From Piromyces finnis finn (Eukaryota; Fungi; Neocallimastigomycota), in NCBI GenBank assembly GCA_002104945.1, contig MCFH01000056.1, positions 186,001 through 250,000 of the forward strand: a stretch of 64,000 bases of DNA, read 5' to 3'. Positions 25,256-39,061 of the stretch are shown piece after piece; the first letter of the stretch is position 1, and each line of letters starts with the position of its first letter. Position numbers and translations under genes: made by a program. A model generated the notes under the pieces. The model saw only the letters and a list, made by a program, of their open reading frames with translations. It was not told the origin of the DNA and did no database searches.

Positions 25256-26080
25256 TGTAATAATTATTATTATATATATTATATAATAATAATTATTATC
25301 TTCAATTTAATAATAATTAGTATTATTAAACTGAGAAGTTAAAATAAAATTTTATACTTATCTTAATAAGAGTTTATTATAAGGAAGTATAATAAACAAC
25401 ACAAAACTTTTAATGCTAATTAATTTAAAATATTTTATTAATATTGTTTTAATAAAGGTTATTTATTATAATAGTTCTTATAATAATAACTCTGGATTTT
25501 TAAGTGGTATTCCAGAGTTCTTTTATTTATAATTTTTTAATAATTTAAAGTTTAATAAAAAATTTCTAATCTTAACAAATAATCTTTTTAGGAAAAGACT
25601 AGAAGAAAAACCTAAAAAGATATTCGATTGATAACTAATATATCAATCATCGTAATATTAAGTAAAACCGATTAAAATTCGGAAAAACCTTAATATCCGA
25701 TTGTCCTAATATTTATTTATATCTTCTAGTTGTTTCTATAAGTTATTTCAAGATACGATACATAAATATAAAATACAAACGTAAAATAAAATACATAATG
25801 TTTCTTATAAAATGTAATACAAAAATTATTAAATAATAGAATAAATGAATGTTTACTATTATTTTAGATAAATTACTAAATTAAATAAATAATTAATTAA
25901 TATAATAATTAAATAAATTTTACATTTAGTAAATGAATAATTAATATTAATATAAATAACTGTTTATAGTAATTTAAATGAATGTATGCTAATAATTTAA
26001 ATAATTAATTAATTTAATAATTAAAAAAATAATTAAATAAGAATTAATAATTATTCAATAAATAATTATTAATTCTTACA
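25256..26080. mobile_element. Solo LTR family B, copy 2 (inverted relative to copy 1)
   Basis: TG...CA, 825 bp, 5-bp TSD gtgta (25251-25255 / 26081-26085). Confidence 0.88.
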
Positions 26081-26135
26081 GTGTAAGAAATATTTGTGGC
26101 CATAAGTTTGCCCACAAATATTTCAATTGAAACCA

Positions 26136-27293
26136 TGTCACGAATACTAGTGAAATTACAATTTCAAGATCACTTGGAATTGTGAAATCACTTATGAAAA
26201 TTCAAAATCAACAAATATTTTATTTTCAAATAAATTATTAAATTTTATTAAGAAATATTTAAAAATTTAGAAAAGGTTAAAATATGACCTTAACCCTTAA
26301 TAATTTTTATAATAAATAACTTTAACCCTTATCGTTAAAATGGAATAAGGAAAAACACGCGTATCTCCTCAACGAATGACGATTTTTGAATAAAAATGTT
26401 TTGGTTATAATTACGTTCGTTAGAAAGCCACGCTCGAGACAAACAACATATCTTAAAATCAGGTCAATATCTCTGCTGGTTCACGAGATATTCCAATTTA
26501 AAGATATTTTGTTAGCAATGATTAATTGTTTATTCAGAGAATGATCACCCCTGATATATCAAACATAAATCATTCACTCAAAGTATAAAAATTATTGTTT
26601 AATTAAATTAAAATTATTTTCCGGAACTAATTAACTTTATTTTATAATAATTATTTCAATAACATAATTTATAATCTTTGAACTAGAGGATTATAATTAT
26701 TAATATTATATTCAATGAATTATATTATAATTAAGAAATAATTAATATTATGAATATTATAAACAATAGTTATTTTTAATAATTAGGAATAAGTCTTAAG
26801 TTTAGTTTAAGTATTATAAAATATATTATGAATATAATCATGTATTGAAAAGTTATTTTATTATTAAATGTAAAATTACAAATAGTATAAATAGTTTAGA
26901 ATAGTTATGAAATTAAAATCTTTGTAAAGATTATTAACTATAAATTATTAACTATAAATTATTAACTATGAATTATTAACTATAAATTATTAACTATAAA
27001 TTATTAACTATGAATTATTAACTATAGATTATTAACTAGAAATTATTAACTATTAATAATAATTAATACTTAATGAGTATTATTACTAAATAATCTTATT
27101 ATTATATTTTAGCAATATATTATTAAATAAAATAAAAGAAATTATTTTAACCATAATATATAATTTAATTATTCATTTATAAATCAATTAAGATTATTTT
27201 AATAAAACATTTTTTTCTAACCTAGTTATCTTTTAACCTTTTATTTAATTTGATATTTTAATATTAAATTATAAGTTTAGTGAAACTTTTACA
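26136..27293. mobile_element. TG...CA-bounded non-coding element H (probable solo LTR), with a 14-bp minisatellite
   Basis: Starts TGTCACG, putative end TTTTACA. About 9 copies of TATAAATTATTAAC at ~26930-27052. The right boundary is inferred. Confidence 0.5.
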
Positions 27294-27298
27294 TTCAA

Positions 27299-28296
27299 TG
27301 TGAAGATATTAACTGGATTTAAAACAAATTCAGATAATATCTATAATTAATTAAACATAATAATTAGAATTAAATAATCCCAATAATTATTTTAAAACAC
27401 CTTTAAAAAGTCACCTTTTAAATTCTGATTCAGTGAAAGGATTATGATTTCAAAAAATTTAATATCAATACACTATAACCCTTAACCAAAAATAAACAAA
27501 CACGAAACAAGGTGTAACTCGCCAAAAACGATCGCTACGGTTGTAAGTGATACGGCTGTGAAACCAAGTTTATTAGAAAGCTTAAGGAAAAAGCTACATT
27601 TTGGTACAATCGCGGTCCTTCTAACTGGTCATTTAAGGAAGATATGATCATTTGAAGATTTTAATAAGTAAATTAAAATTAATATGATATCAAGTATGGA
27701 TCATAGACATTTCTTATGACTTGACGAAAATTAAAAAGATATCAATAGAAATTCTAATTATATTAATTTAATTAATGATAGTGACTGTTACTAAAAATAG
27801 AACTAAACCATTTAGGTGTAACGGTTAACATTTATAAATTAAATAATTTTAATTATTATAAAATAGGTTAATGGATCAAGTGTTTAAATGATTAATCATA
27901 TGTTTATTTTATTTTATGTCATGACAAAACAAACAAACAAACAAACAAACAATCTTATTATATTATTAACATATTACATGTAATACTTTATTTTTATCAA
28001 TTTAATAATCTGAACAAAGAATATAAAATAGAATGAATTGAATTCGATTTTAATTCTTTGTAAAGATTATAGTTATAATCTTAATTATATAGTTATTAAA
28101 TATATTATCATTTATATTATTATTAATAAATAAATAAAATTTTATAAAAAAGTTATTCTAAAGAATAAATATTAATTTCTCATTTGGAAGTTTAAAGGGT
28201 TATTTTATATTTAAATTTAATTTCTTAAAAAACATATTTACTATATAATTGATAACATTCTGACCTGGCCGCATAACCAAATCCAAAAACTTAACA
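27299..28296. mobile_element. Solo LTR family E, copy 1 (998 bp)
   Basis: TGTGAAG...CTTAACA, homologous to 30915-32491 and 39062-40022. No TSD here. Confidence 0.8.
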
Positions 28297-28301
28297 ACCA
28301 T

Positions 28302-28944
28302 TGTCAAGAGTTAGAGTGGATTTAGAATTATAATTAAGTCTACTAGGTTAGGATAGGCTTAATTATATAGTAAATAATAAATTTTTATAAATAAAAGAGT
28401 AATAAATATAGTTTTTTAAGAAATATTTTATTTAATTTTTATAATATAAGTAAATGATAATTATTAATTTTAAATATTGAATTTACTATATAAAAATGAG
28501 TATAATAATCTCACAAAGAACTTCTTAAAGTTGTTCTTTGTTCAACTTATTTATACTTCATTTTTAATATAATGTTGATATTAATAAAGTATAATAATAA
28601 TATAATTTAAGTTATACATGTATAATAATATAAATATAAATATTAATAAAATATAATAGTAATAATAATATAATTTTCTTTAAATATCGATATTAATAAG
28701 TTGTTAAAAATAATATTAATAATTATTTAAATGAATCTTATTTTACTAATTGGTTTGTTTAATATTAATTAATTGTTACACTCTATTTATCTCCGGATAA
28801 TAAATAGCTTTCCAATTAATATTTATATTAAATAAACTATTATTAGTAAAATATTATTAAATTAATATTTTAATTAATTTAACTAATAATTCAAAATTAT
28901 GAAATTTCATGAATTGTCAAATTTCATGAATTGTGATTTTGACA
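28302..28944. mobile_element. Solo LTR family G (643 bp)
   Basis: TGTCAA...TTGACA termini, 5-bp TSD accat (28297-28301 / 28945-28949). Confidence 0.75.
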
Positions 28945-29398
28945 ACCATATATTCTGGTCACCATTTATTGGCCAGATATATGTATAACCATATATTAAT
29001 GGTTATTAATTAAATAGGAAGTTTATTTACTTTACCCAATCAAGTGGTAAAGAAAATAAACTAATATAGTTAAATAGTATAGTTAAAACTAACGTTAAAT
29101 ACTTTAGCGTTAGTATTAAAGTAAATTAGTAACTATAATAATAATTAATGTATATAATTATAATTAATAAATAAAAGATATAATTAATATAAAATTATTT
29201 AAGTAAACATTATTTCATAAAATCTTTATACGTTTGTTTGTAATTATTTTAGTGTTATAATATTTATTTTATTTCTTTTATTATTTTTTATAAAACTTTA
29301 TTTAGTTATTAACTCGTATAGAGAGGTAATAACTAACTTAATTAGCTAAATATTAATAACTTATTAATTAATATTATAAAAACACCTTTTACATAGTA

Positions 29399-29432
29399 TT
29401 TGATAAATAATTAAATTTATAAATTATGAATT

Positions 29433-29478
<46 letters not shown>

Positions 29479-29867
29479 TTAAAACACAGATAGTTAAAAA
29501 TTAAAATAATTAACATGTATAAAATTATTAAATTAAAAACTATAAATGTAAACTTTTTGTCTATTTAATTGTTTATTTATTTTTAAATTAAATAGTTTAT
29601 ATTTGTTTATAATTATACTTTAAAATAATAATTTTGTATAAATAGTGATAGAATCATTTTATTTTAAAATTGTTCCTAATAATCCAGTAAAATTAGATAA
29701 TAATATTAAATTTTATTAAAATAATAGTTGTGATTATATTTACATACATTCAAGATGTATTAAACCATAACATATATATATTTAATAATACAAGAGTTAT
29801 TAAATATTAAAACTTTATAATTAAATAAAATAATTTTATATTTTAAACTAACAAAGACTTGCAAATG
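29399..29867. repeat. AT-rich spacer F, copy 2 (inverted), containing (AAT)n
   Basis: Homologous to the reverse complement of 7471-8044. Confidence 0.7.
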
Positions 29868-30914
29868 AACAAGTATAAAAATCATTTATTCTATTTTTAT
29901 TTTCTTATTTATTTTTATTTATTAAATTTTAGATACAAATATTATCACTTTCTATATTCATTTATAGAATTAAGATAATATTTTTCTTCGTATCATATTC
30001 TGTTAAGGAATGAACATAAATAGTTGAATTAGCTAGAATTTTAGGATTTAACCTTCAACTATTTATATTCCTTACTAGTGTTTAACTCTATTTTTAAAAT
30101 ATAAAAATTATAATATATAATTTTTATACATTTTTCTAGTAATTATTAATATTTTTATTATATAGTTATATTATTTGTATATAGTTATTTAAGACCTTTA
30201 TTATTAGTATTAGTATAATTACTTATAATATTTTATACTTATAAAATTTTACAAAATTTTATTATTAAAATAGTTATAGGTATTTTATTATTATTTAAGG
30301 TTTATTTTATTAATTAACTTTATTGTATAATATTTTATAATTTGAAATTATGACATAGAATTTAATTATAATTTTTACTAAAAGAGGCAACTGTTACACA
30401 CAAAACAGAAGATACCTCGACAGAAAAATTATTATTTATGTCTAAAAAAGGGCATAATTAATTGAATAATATAATTTTATTATATGTCATAATTAAATAT
30501 ATAATATATGATATGCAAAAATGTTACACATATCATAAATTAAAAATTTATTAATTATAAATTAAAAATTTTTCTATTCAAATATTAAGAGATTATTCAT
30601 AATATATATTAAGGATTTAATTAATATATGTTACAGTGAATGATCCATATATTATGAATGAAATCAATTTAAATCCTTAGCTATCCAAAACCATTAAATT
30701 TCAAATAATGGATAGTTGGAAAAAGTACGATGATTTTTGAGAAAAATTTTAAAAATTGAAAAATCAAAAATAAATTAAATGAATAAAAATTAAAATTAAA
30801 TAAATTTTTATTTTTATAACTATTCAAGTGTTTTGTGATATCTTATTTGAACCGTAGCAATTCATTACAGATATAAAGACATAAAATTCACTATTAATAA
30901 AATATTAAACTTAA

Positions 30915-32491
30915 TGTGAAGATATTAACTGGATTTAAAACAAATTCAGATAATATCTATAATTAATTAAACATAATAATTAGAATTAAATAATCCCAAT
31001 AATTATTTTAAAACACCTTTAAAAAGTCACCTTTTAAATTCTGATTCAGTGAAAGGATTATGATTTCAAAAAATTTAATATCAATACACTATAACCCTTA
31101 ACCAAAAATAAACAAACACGAAACAAGGTGTAACTCGCCAAAAACGATCGCTACGGTTGTAAGTGATACGGCTGTGAAACCAAGTTTATTAGAAAGCTTA
31201 AGGAAAAAGCTACATTTTGGTACAATCGCGGTCCTTCTAACTGGTCATTTAAGGAAGATATGATCATTTGAAGATTTTAATAAGTAAATTAAAATTAATA
31301 TGATATCAAGTATGGATCATAGACATTTCTTATGACTTGACGAAAATTAAAAAGATATCAATAGAAATTCTAATTATATTAATTTAATTAATGATAGTGA
31401 CTGTTACTAAAAATAGAACTAAACCATTTAGGTGTAACGGTTAACATTTATAAATTAAATAATTTTAATTATTATAAAATAGGTTAATGGATCAAGTGTT
31501 TAAATGTGATATGAAATTAATATGTCTAGCTACATATTAGCCAATATTTAAAATAATTTTTATTATTTAAAATATTCAATTTCATCTTTAAAAATTTATA
31601 TATAATATTTCATAATAATAATATAATAATTGATATATATTATAATACATTATTTATATATTAGTTATAGAATTCATGTACATATTTCATTATATTCTTA
31701 AATATTAATATTATATATTAGTATTAATTTTATTGTAATACTTATTTGTATTACATTACCTTTCCTTATATAGTAATATTTCATATAAAATGTAAAATAT
31801 ATTATACTATATCCTATTTAATTATTATTCATATATTATGAATACATTACATTATATAATTGATATTCAATTATATTATAGGAATTTTATAATATAAAAA
31901 TATTCATGTAAAAATAATTAATAATTAGAAAGAGAAGAGCTTTAATAATTAATAAGAAAATATTATAAGTGAAATTATTAATAAGAGAGAAGTTAATAGT
32001 AATAAAATATTTTTCACCTAATATAATAAATTATAAATAAACTAATATTAAATTACTACAACATAAAAGAAACTTATATCAAATGATTAATCATATGTTT
32101 ATTTTATTTTATGTCATGACAAAACAAACAAACAAACAAACAAACAATCTTATTATATTATTAACATATTACATGTAATACTTTATTTTTATCAATTTAA
32201 TAATCTGAACAAAGAATATAAAATAGAATGAATTGAATTCGATTTTAATTCTTTGTAAAGATTATAGTTATAATCTTAATTATATAGTTATTAAATATAT
32301 TATCATTTATATTATTATTAATAAATAAATAAAATTTTATAAAAAAGTTATTCTAAAGAATAAATATTAATTTCTCATTTGGAAGTTTAAAGGGTTATTT
32401 TATATTTAAATTTAATTTCTTAAAAAACATATTTACTATATAATTGATAACATTCTGACCTGGCCGCATAACCAAATCCAAAAACTTAACA
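30915..32491. mobile_element. Solo LTR family E, copy 2, with a nested insertion
   Basis: 5-bp TSD cttaa (30910-30914 / 32492-32496). Confidence 0.9.
31507..32081. mobile_element. 575-bp nested solo LTR with TGATAT...ATATCA termini
   Basis: Absent from the other family-E copies. 4-bp TSD aatg (31503-31506 / 32082-32085). Confidence 0.8.
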
Positions 32492-34898
32492 CTTAAATTA
32501 TTAGCTATTTCTATGTTTCCTACATTTACAATACATTATATAAAAATTTACTACATTACGTATACACTATTTGTTTAGATCATATGAATTATTATTATAT
32601 TTCATCTTATTTAAGTCTTATTTATTATTTTACACTTTATTTCATATCATAAAGCTAAGTTTAAAACCTAGAAAAATGAATGAATGAATAGATAAATAAT
32701 AATAAACAGCAATCTAAATTTAGAATGAAATATTTAAAGAGCAAGCATGAAATTTTAACTTTAAAATTAAATTCAAAAATTTAAAATATTAAGAAAATTT
32801 TATAATCAATTTTGAATTTAGAAATTTTTAATTACATTATTTTGAAATTAGAATTTTATGAAAAACATAATTTAAATTTAAGCAAAAACGATTTTAATTT
32901 TGAAAATAATATTTTATTTTAAGGCATAAATATAGTAATTTAAAAATATAAAAAATAAGTAAATTTTCTTAATTTTAATAAATAATTCAAATTTTATAAA
33001 TAAACAATTACATTTTCAATAAGTTTATTTTATCTAAAACAAATAGTGTAAATTCAAAAGTAAATCCAAAATACTATTTTATATAATATTATTTTTTAAA
33101 GTATATTAATAATAATAAAATAATAATAAAATAGTATATATATATAAAAGAATAGAAATGAGGATACATATTAATTTAAATTATACACTAAACATTTTGT
33201 ACGATATAAAAGTTTTATCTTTAATCATAGCTTTAATTAATGTAACTTATATTTCAGCAACCCGAGGTGTATACAAAGTCATTAACGTTAAATAGCATAT
33301 TAAAAAAAGAGATAAAGCTAGTGTAGTAAATGATTTTATGAATTAATACTCTATAACACTAAAGGTAATATTTAGTGCAGTAAAGGATTTCCATTGTTGG
33401 TTCGTTAAATAATGGAACAATTACCTTCAGGTCAATAAAATAAGGAAATTAAATCTATGCCTAAAAGGATAATTTCAGTACTAATTACTTTTAAAGATGA
33501 AACTAAAATTATATTACATATATAAAATCATTAATAATAATGTTAAAATTGATGCTTTTCTAAATGTTATTATTGCAATACTTTAAAAAATAGAAAGGAA
33601 GAATAGTGTTATTACTTGTTTTGTTAAAAATCCATTTGATAATAGTTTGGGGGTGTTATTGTGTCACAACTCATACATATTATTATTTATAACTATTGGG
33701 GTTATTGGATTGGTTATAAAGGTGTTTATATATTTGATAGTAAGGGTAAATATGATTTTATTATCAATAGATATTGGTTTTTATCATGCTTTCTTTCATA
33801 ATAAATAATGAATATGATGATATAGTTGAGATTTTCCACAGGAAAAAATGACAAAAAATAGATTAAATAAATATAAGAATTATGGTTCTAGTTTCAGTGG
33901 AATTATGAATTATGAGCAAACATTCACTTAAAATTAAATTAGACTCCATGAAAACTTAAAAATATTCAACTGAAAAAATTTAATCTTATTCTTTCTCTTT
34001 ATAATTCATTTTTCAATAACTATCATAATTTTATCCAGGAATTCTTAATAACCATTTATTTTTTTTTTTACTAAATTTCTTTTAGATTTGAAAGTGATTA
34101 TATTGTGAAAAAAGAACGGAAAATCAAAGAAATGATCTACCTGTTGTCAATATATTAAATTATTAATATAATATAGAGTAAATTCTATTAAGGTTACTAA
34201 AATATAATATAGGATGATATAAAACCAAAAGAATATTTTTCTTAATAAATGGCGTAAAATTTGATTAATATTTAATCCATAATAAATATTAAATCACTTG
34301 AGTTATAATCTAATTCTTCATTGAAAATATTTCATCACTTATTTTATTTGTGATTAAATATAAGCAAGAGTCCTTCTGGGCATAGAAATTCCAATTCTTT
34401 ATTATCAAATATATATATATATATTAGTATATTTTTAAAAATTTTAGTTGAAATTTTTAGTTTTGTTTAAAAAAACCACCATATATAGTCCTTTAGTATT
34501 TTTGTACTATGTTCAATGTAAGCAAGAAACATCCTTGTCAAATAATATATATATATATATATATATTTTAAATAAAAATACACATCTTTAACAAGTTTTG
34601 TAAAAAAAATAAAGATTTAATAATAAAACATATATATATATATATATATTAAATTTAAATATTTCGTTTGTTAAATTTTCATGAAATGAATTATATATGG
34701 CTATTCTCTACCTTTTTGTAAATTATATATAAAAAATATACTACTTAATTATGTATATTAAGGTTTGCTTATGAAAATTTTCCGATATTATAAAATAAAA
34801 GTAATCCAATAAAAATCAAAAAATTTTTTTAAAAAGATAATAATTAAAAAGTATTAAACAAAAAAAACTTGGAGCTTTTAAAACATATTTATTAATAG

Positions 34899-35381
34899 TG
34901 TAATTATAGAAATGAAGCATCAACTTCAACATCACATAACAAAAACAATAGAATTGAAGCATCAACTTCAACGTCACATAATAAAAACCTAATAAATACA
35001 TTCACTAATTATGAAAGTAAAGAAGCAATTTTAACATCTCATAATAAAAGCCTAATAAATGCATTCGCTAATTATGGAAGTGAAGCATCAACTTCAACGT
35101 CACATAATAAATACAATAATAATCTAATAAATGCATTATCATACTACCAATACTCGTCAATATCAAATCCACCTCCATATTATCTTATTCCTGAATTAGA
35201 AGATTCAAACAATAAATTTTACTACCCATATCAACATAATAATACTTCAATTTCTTTTGATCAAAGTAACGGTTCATCTTCTCACAACTATCCGCATCAT
35301 AATTATTCTAATGACAATCAGTATAATAAATATTTCGATAATGGTTTTTTAATTCCAAGTACTTCTTCAAGACATGGCTGA
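34899..35381 (+). pseudogene. Probable host exon (Ser/Asn/His-rich, EASTSTSHNK repeats) cut by a LINE fragment
   Basis: About 160 stop-free codons after a TAG acceptor, with no ATG, so it is missing from the ORF track. It ends at the LINE junction at 35378. Product unknown. Confidence 0.45.
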
Positions 35382-36266
35382 GAATAGATTCCTTTTCCTC
35401 AATACATTTTAATCTATTCCATTTCAGAATTTTCTTAGGAACATTAAAGTCATTAGAAAAATCTTCCATAGGAATAATTTTACCATTAATAAGAAGTGGC
35501 TTATGGTCTGAAACAGGATAAAAATTATTTATAAATGATCCTGAGTGAATAAGATCTTTCATCTTCGAATTGATAAGAGCATGGTCAATGTTGGAAGATT
35601 GATCAGTTCGAGTCCAAGAGATAGAAGAACTTTTAAGTGGAAGAATTTCCCAATCTCCTAATCCATTAGTTGATAACCAGTTGGATAATTTTACTTTAGA
35701 CATATTAAAATCACCAACAAGAATCGATGGATGGGATGAATGAGTTTGTAACCACAAGCGAACTTCTAACTTTGCATGATCAACATAGATGTTGTGATGA
35801 CTATGAGGCATATAAACATTTCCAATCGAGCATTTGAATCTATTCCAGAGACTAAAAGTCTAAAAGTATAAATAGAAATAATATACTTTCCAGAGAAGTT
35901 TTCAAGTGAGGCTTGACACGAATTGTGAAAACCTAAATATAAACCTCTCATTCCCGGAACTGATTCATCAGCTTTCTTGAAAAAGTGTCTATAGTTTCGC
36001 AAAGTAACACGACAAGGATAATCTGTATTCGAACCAGAACCATTACCAGTTTCTTGGAAACATAAAAATAATGGTTTGAAAATAGCTGTGAAATAGCTAA
36101 TACTATCTCTCTTTTCGTGATTCCACCCATTGGTGTTCCAACTAAGACAAAAAGAAAAGTTATCAGGCTTGTTGGATGAGGAAGAATCGTTGCTATTATT
36201 ATTATTATTAAAGTCATCATTATTAATGGATGATGCATCAGAGGAATAAGTAGAATTATTACTAGA
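35378..36266 (-). mobile_element. Internal fragment of LINE family A (endonuclease region)
   Basis: Colinear, indel-free match to 47685-48573. Confidence 0.92.
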
Positions 36267-38308
36267 TTTTTTTTTTTAGACTAGAAAGAGAATACACATC
36301 TTTTATTTATTTATTTAATTAGTGATATTACATAAAATTAGGTGATAATACATATTGATATTGATATAATAAATAATAAATAAAAATAATAAAATATATA
36401 TAAATAAAAATATAAATATAAAAAAATATAAAATAATTATTTAAGTTGCATAAAAGTTCAATGAACTCTGCAATTTGTACTGTGTGGGATTGGTCCCTAC
36501 CTAATAAATTAAATGAAATAAAAAAAAGAAGTAACATCAGGTATGATAGTGTGGTGTCCACTAAACTCTCCCATGAGTTCATAATGTTTTCATTCGAATT
36601 TGAGGAAATACCAACATTGAACCCTGTGTACGGAACATTGGAAATGTTCCTTTGCCATATCGGTACGACGTCGGCGCTCTTGATTACGTTAGGTGTCTTA
36701 CTAAACCTATCAAAAAGTAGCCTCATAGAGCTACTGATGATAGGGATTGTTTTAGTAAGAAATGCCGCGAGACCCTCTACATATGGAACATGAGACCCCG
36801 ATGAACTGTAAAGCTGTTCATTCAAATATCTTTGTTCCGCCTTATCGATTTGTAACTCATCATAAGCTAAAGTTCCACCAAGAAGGAACGTAAAAATATA
36901 GTTATAAATTGTTTTTCTTACTTCCGTTTCGGGGAGTAAGTATGTGATGAATTGATTCTTATATTTATTGTAAAAAAGGGTAAAAAGATCGTCAAGAAAG
37001 CTAAGTGAAGAAGCTCTGTATTCAGAGAATACAGAACATTCTAATATCCAATGATAAAAAGATTGTTCGTCATATCCGCAACATGGAAAGACACGAGGGC
37101 AGTCAGGAGTAACTCTATTACTGGCAATAGCAATTCGGGTAGTATTTTCATAACCGCATCGAATACGAATAATCCAGGTAATTCCTAAATTTAAGTGAGG
37201 TATGTTGAGACCGATATGCATTAGGCGATCTGAATTAAGGAATTTGTTGTTAGTATATCTGAGGGATTTACTTCCATTATTTAGGCTACTATTATTCCAA
37301 TAATGTTCTCTAATATCTTTAGTACTTTTAATATTTATTTTCATGAGCTTCTTATGGAGTGAACAAGATTCTTTGGCCCAAGAGTAATGAGACATGGGAG
37401 GAATAGATCGGACGAGATCTTTAATAATACAGTTTGATTTTCTCCATTTAACAAAGCATTTCACTTATTGCACAGCACAAATATCTGAAAGGGTAGGAAT
37501 CTTCATATCTCTTGTAAGAGCATACAGACTAATAAATGAATTTCGTTCAAAAACAAAATCTTTGTTATTAAAACTTTTATTGTGAAAGCTATTGACACTC
37601 CAAAGAACAGCAGTATTGATAAGAGATTGGACTTTTCTAGTTCTATTTTTGTTGGAACCAAGTAAAGGAGCATAATAAGAAACTTTACTTAAAATATAAG
37701 AATGAATTACTATATTTTTTAAGCCAATAGGAACACAATTGTTGGTGAGGAAGTTCTTAAAAGAGAATAAAGATTTCTGAACTTTTTTGTACATATTAGA
37801 CAGAATAGGAGTCAAAGAAAGATCTTCGTCGAATGGGATTCCAAGATAAGTATAGCAAGAAACCTTTGGAATCGAGTACATACCGATGTAAAATGTTGGA
37901 TCGACATAACTAGGGGATCTATTAAAGTTAATAGGTTTAACAACAATAGTTGCACACTTATTTATTCCAAAAGACATTTCATTTAAATTAGCCCAATCAA
38001 GGACTAGATTGAGCATCTTTTGAAGGTTCTTCTTACTAGGAGCAATCAAAACAATATCATCAGCAAAAAGGCCACCACAACAACGTTTATTTCCTAAGCT
38101 AACTCCAAGCCTTTCACATTTATTTAAAATATCATTGATAAAGAGGTTAAAAAGTATAGGAGAAAGAGGACATCCTTGTCTTACACCACGGTTTATAGGG
38201 AATTCATTGGAAAGCATATCCAAAAAACGTGCACGAGCTTTAGAGGTAGAGTAGAGATTATTGAGAAAATCAAAACATTTACCACGTATACCTAATTTGA
38301 TATAATTT
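36267..38308 (-). mobile_element. LINE 3' half (RT C-terminal part, zinc-finger-like tail, poly-A)
   Basis: GVRQGCPLSP and LFADD motifs, in-frame stop at 37465-37467, PCCG...HWILEC, A11 tail at 36267-36277. Confidence 0.92.
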
Positions 38309-39061
38309 GATAATAATCTTAATTTTGAATTTTACTTCAAAAAGTGATTATTATATTATATCTTTTGTTATAACTATATAAGTTATATTGATTAAGATTT
38401 AAAATCGTTTTTATAAAAATTAATAAAATTGTTTTGTTAAAACACTAAATTGTTTTATTAGAAACACTTGTTTTTCTAATATTTAAATATTTAAAATTTT
38501 ATTTATTTAAGTATAAAAGTGATTATTAAAATTATAAAATATTAATCTAACTATATAATATTTCTTTATTAATAATAATAATGATGATTAAAATAAGAAT
38601 ATTTACATGTATTTATATTTTCTTTTAGATTTAAACTATTTACATTAAAACAATAAAATTAATAACTATTTACAATAAAAGTAATAAAAGTAATTAGAAA
38701 TAACAATAAAAGAAATAATTAAAAGTTAAAGAATATAAAAAGTTGTTTATTTTACAATTAATTAAAGTAATAATTATTTTTAATGTTTTAATAAAGGTGT
38801 TTAATTATATTATTTTATAACATGAATTATTATATTTGTTTACTTTTAAAGTGTAATTTACTAACGAAGTTATTAAATATTTAATTTAACAATTAATTTA
38901 ACAAAAGTTATATATTTTGATCTCGATTAATTAAAGTTTATTATTTTCTTTCAATAATCAAAATATATGCAGTGTTTAGGATTAATTTTATTTAAGAATT
39001 TTGGTAAAGTACTTAATTAAACTATAACTTGTTTTAAGTTACTTTTAGGGTTAACTTAAAA

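Larger units (their letters stand above)
26082..29393 (+). mobile_element. Solo LTR of E2 split by nested insertions (26082-26135 + 28945-29393)
   Basis: The two parts join into a complete E2 LTR. Confidence 0.9.

Noticed and set aside
26136-28944. A single Ginger-like DNA transposon with a 4-bp acca TSD
   Set aside because: The internal 28302-28944 unit has its own termini and 5-bp TSD, and 27299-28296 occurs independently elsewhere, so a composite is more parsimonious.
34370-34540. Short minus-strand exon-like pieces (CFLLTL...IYGGF) vaguely resembling a TLDc domain
   Set aside because: Too short, contains a stop, and no gene model could be built.
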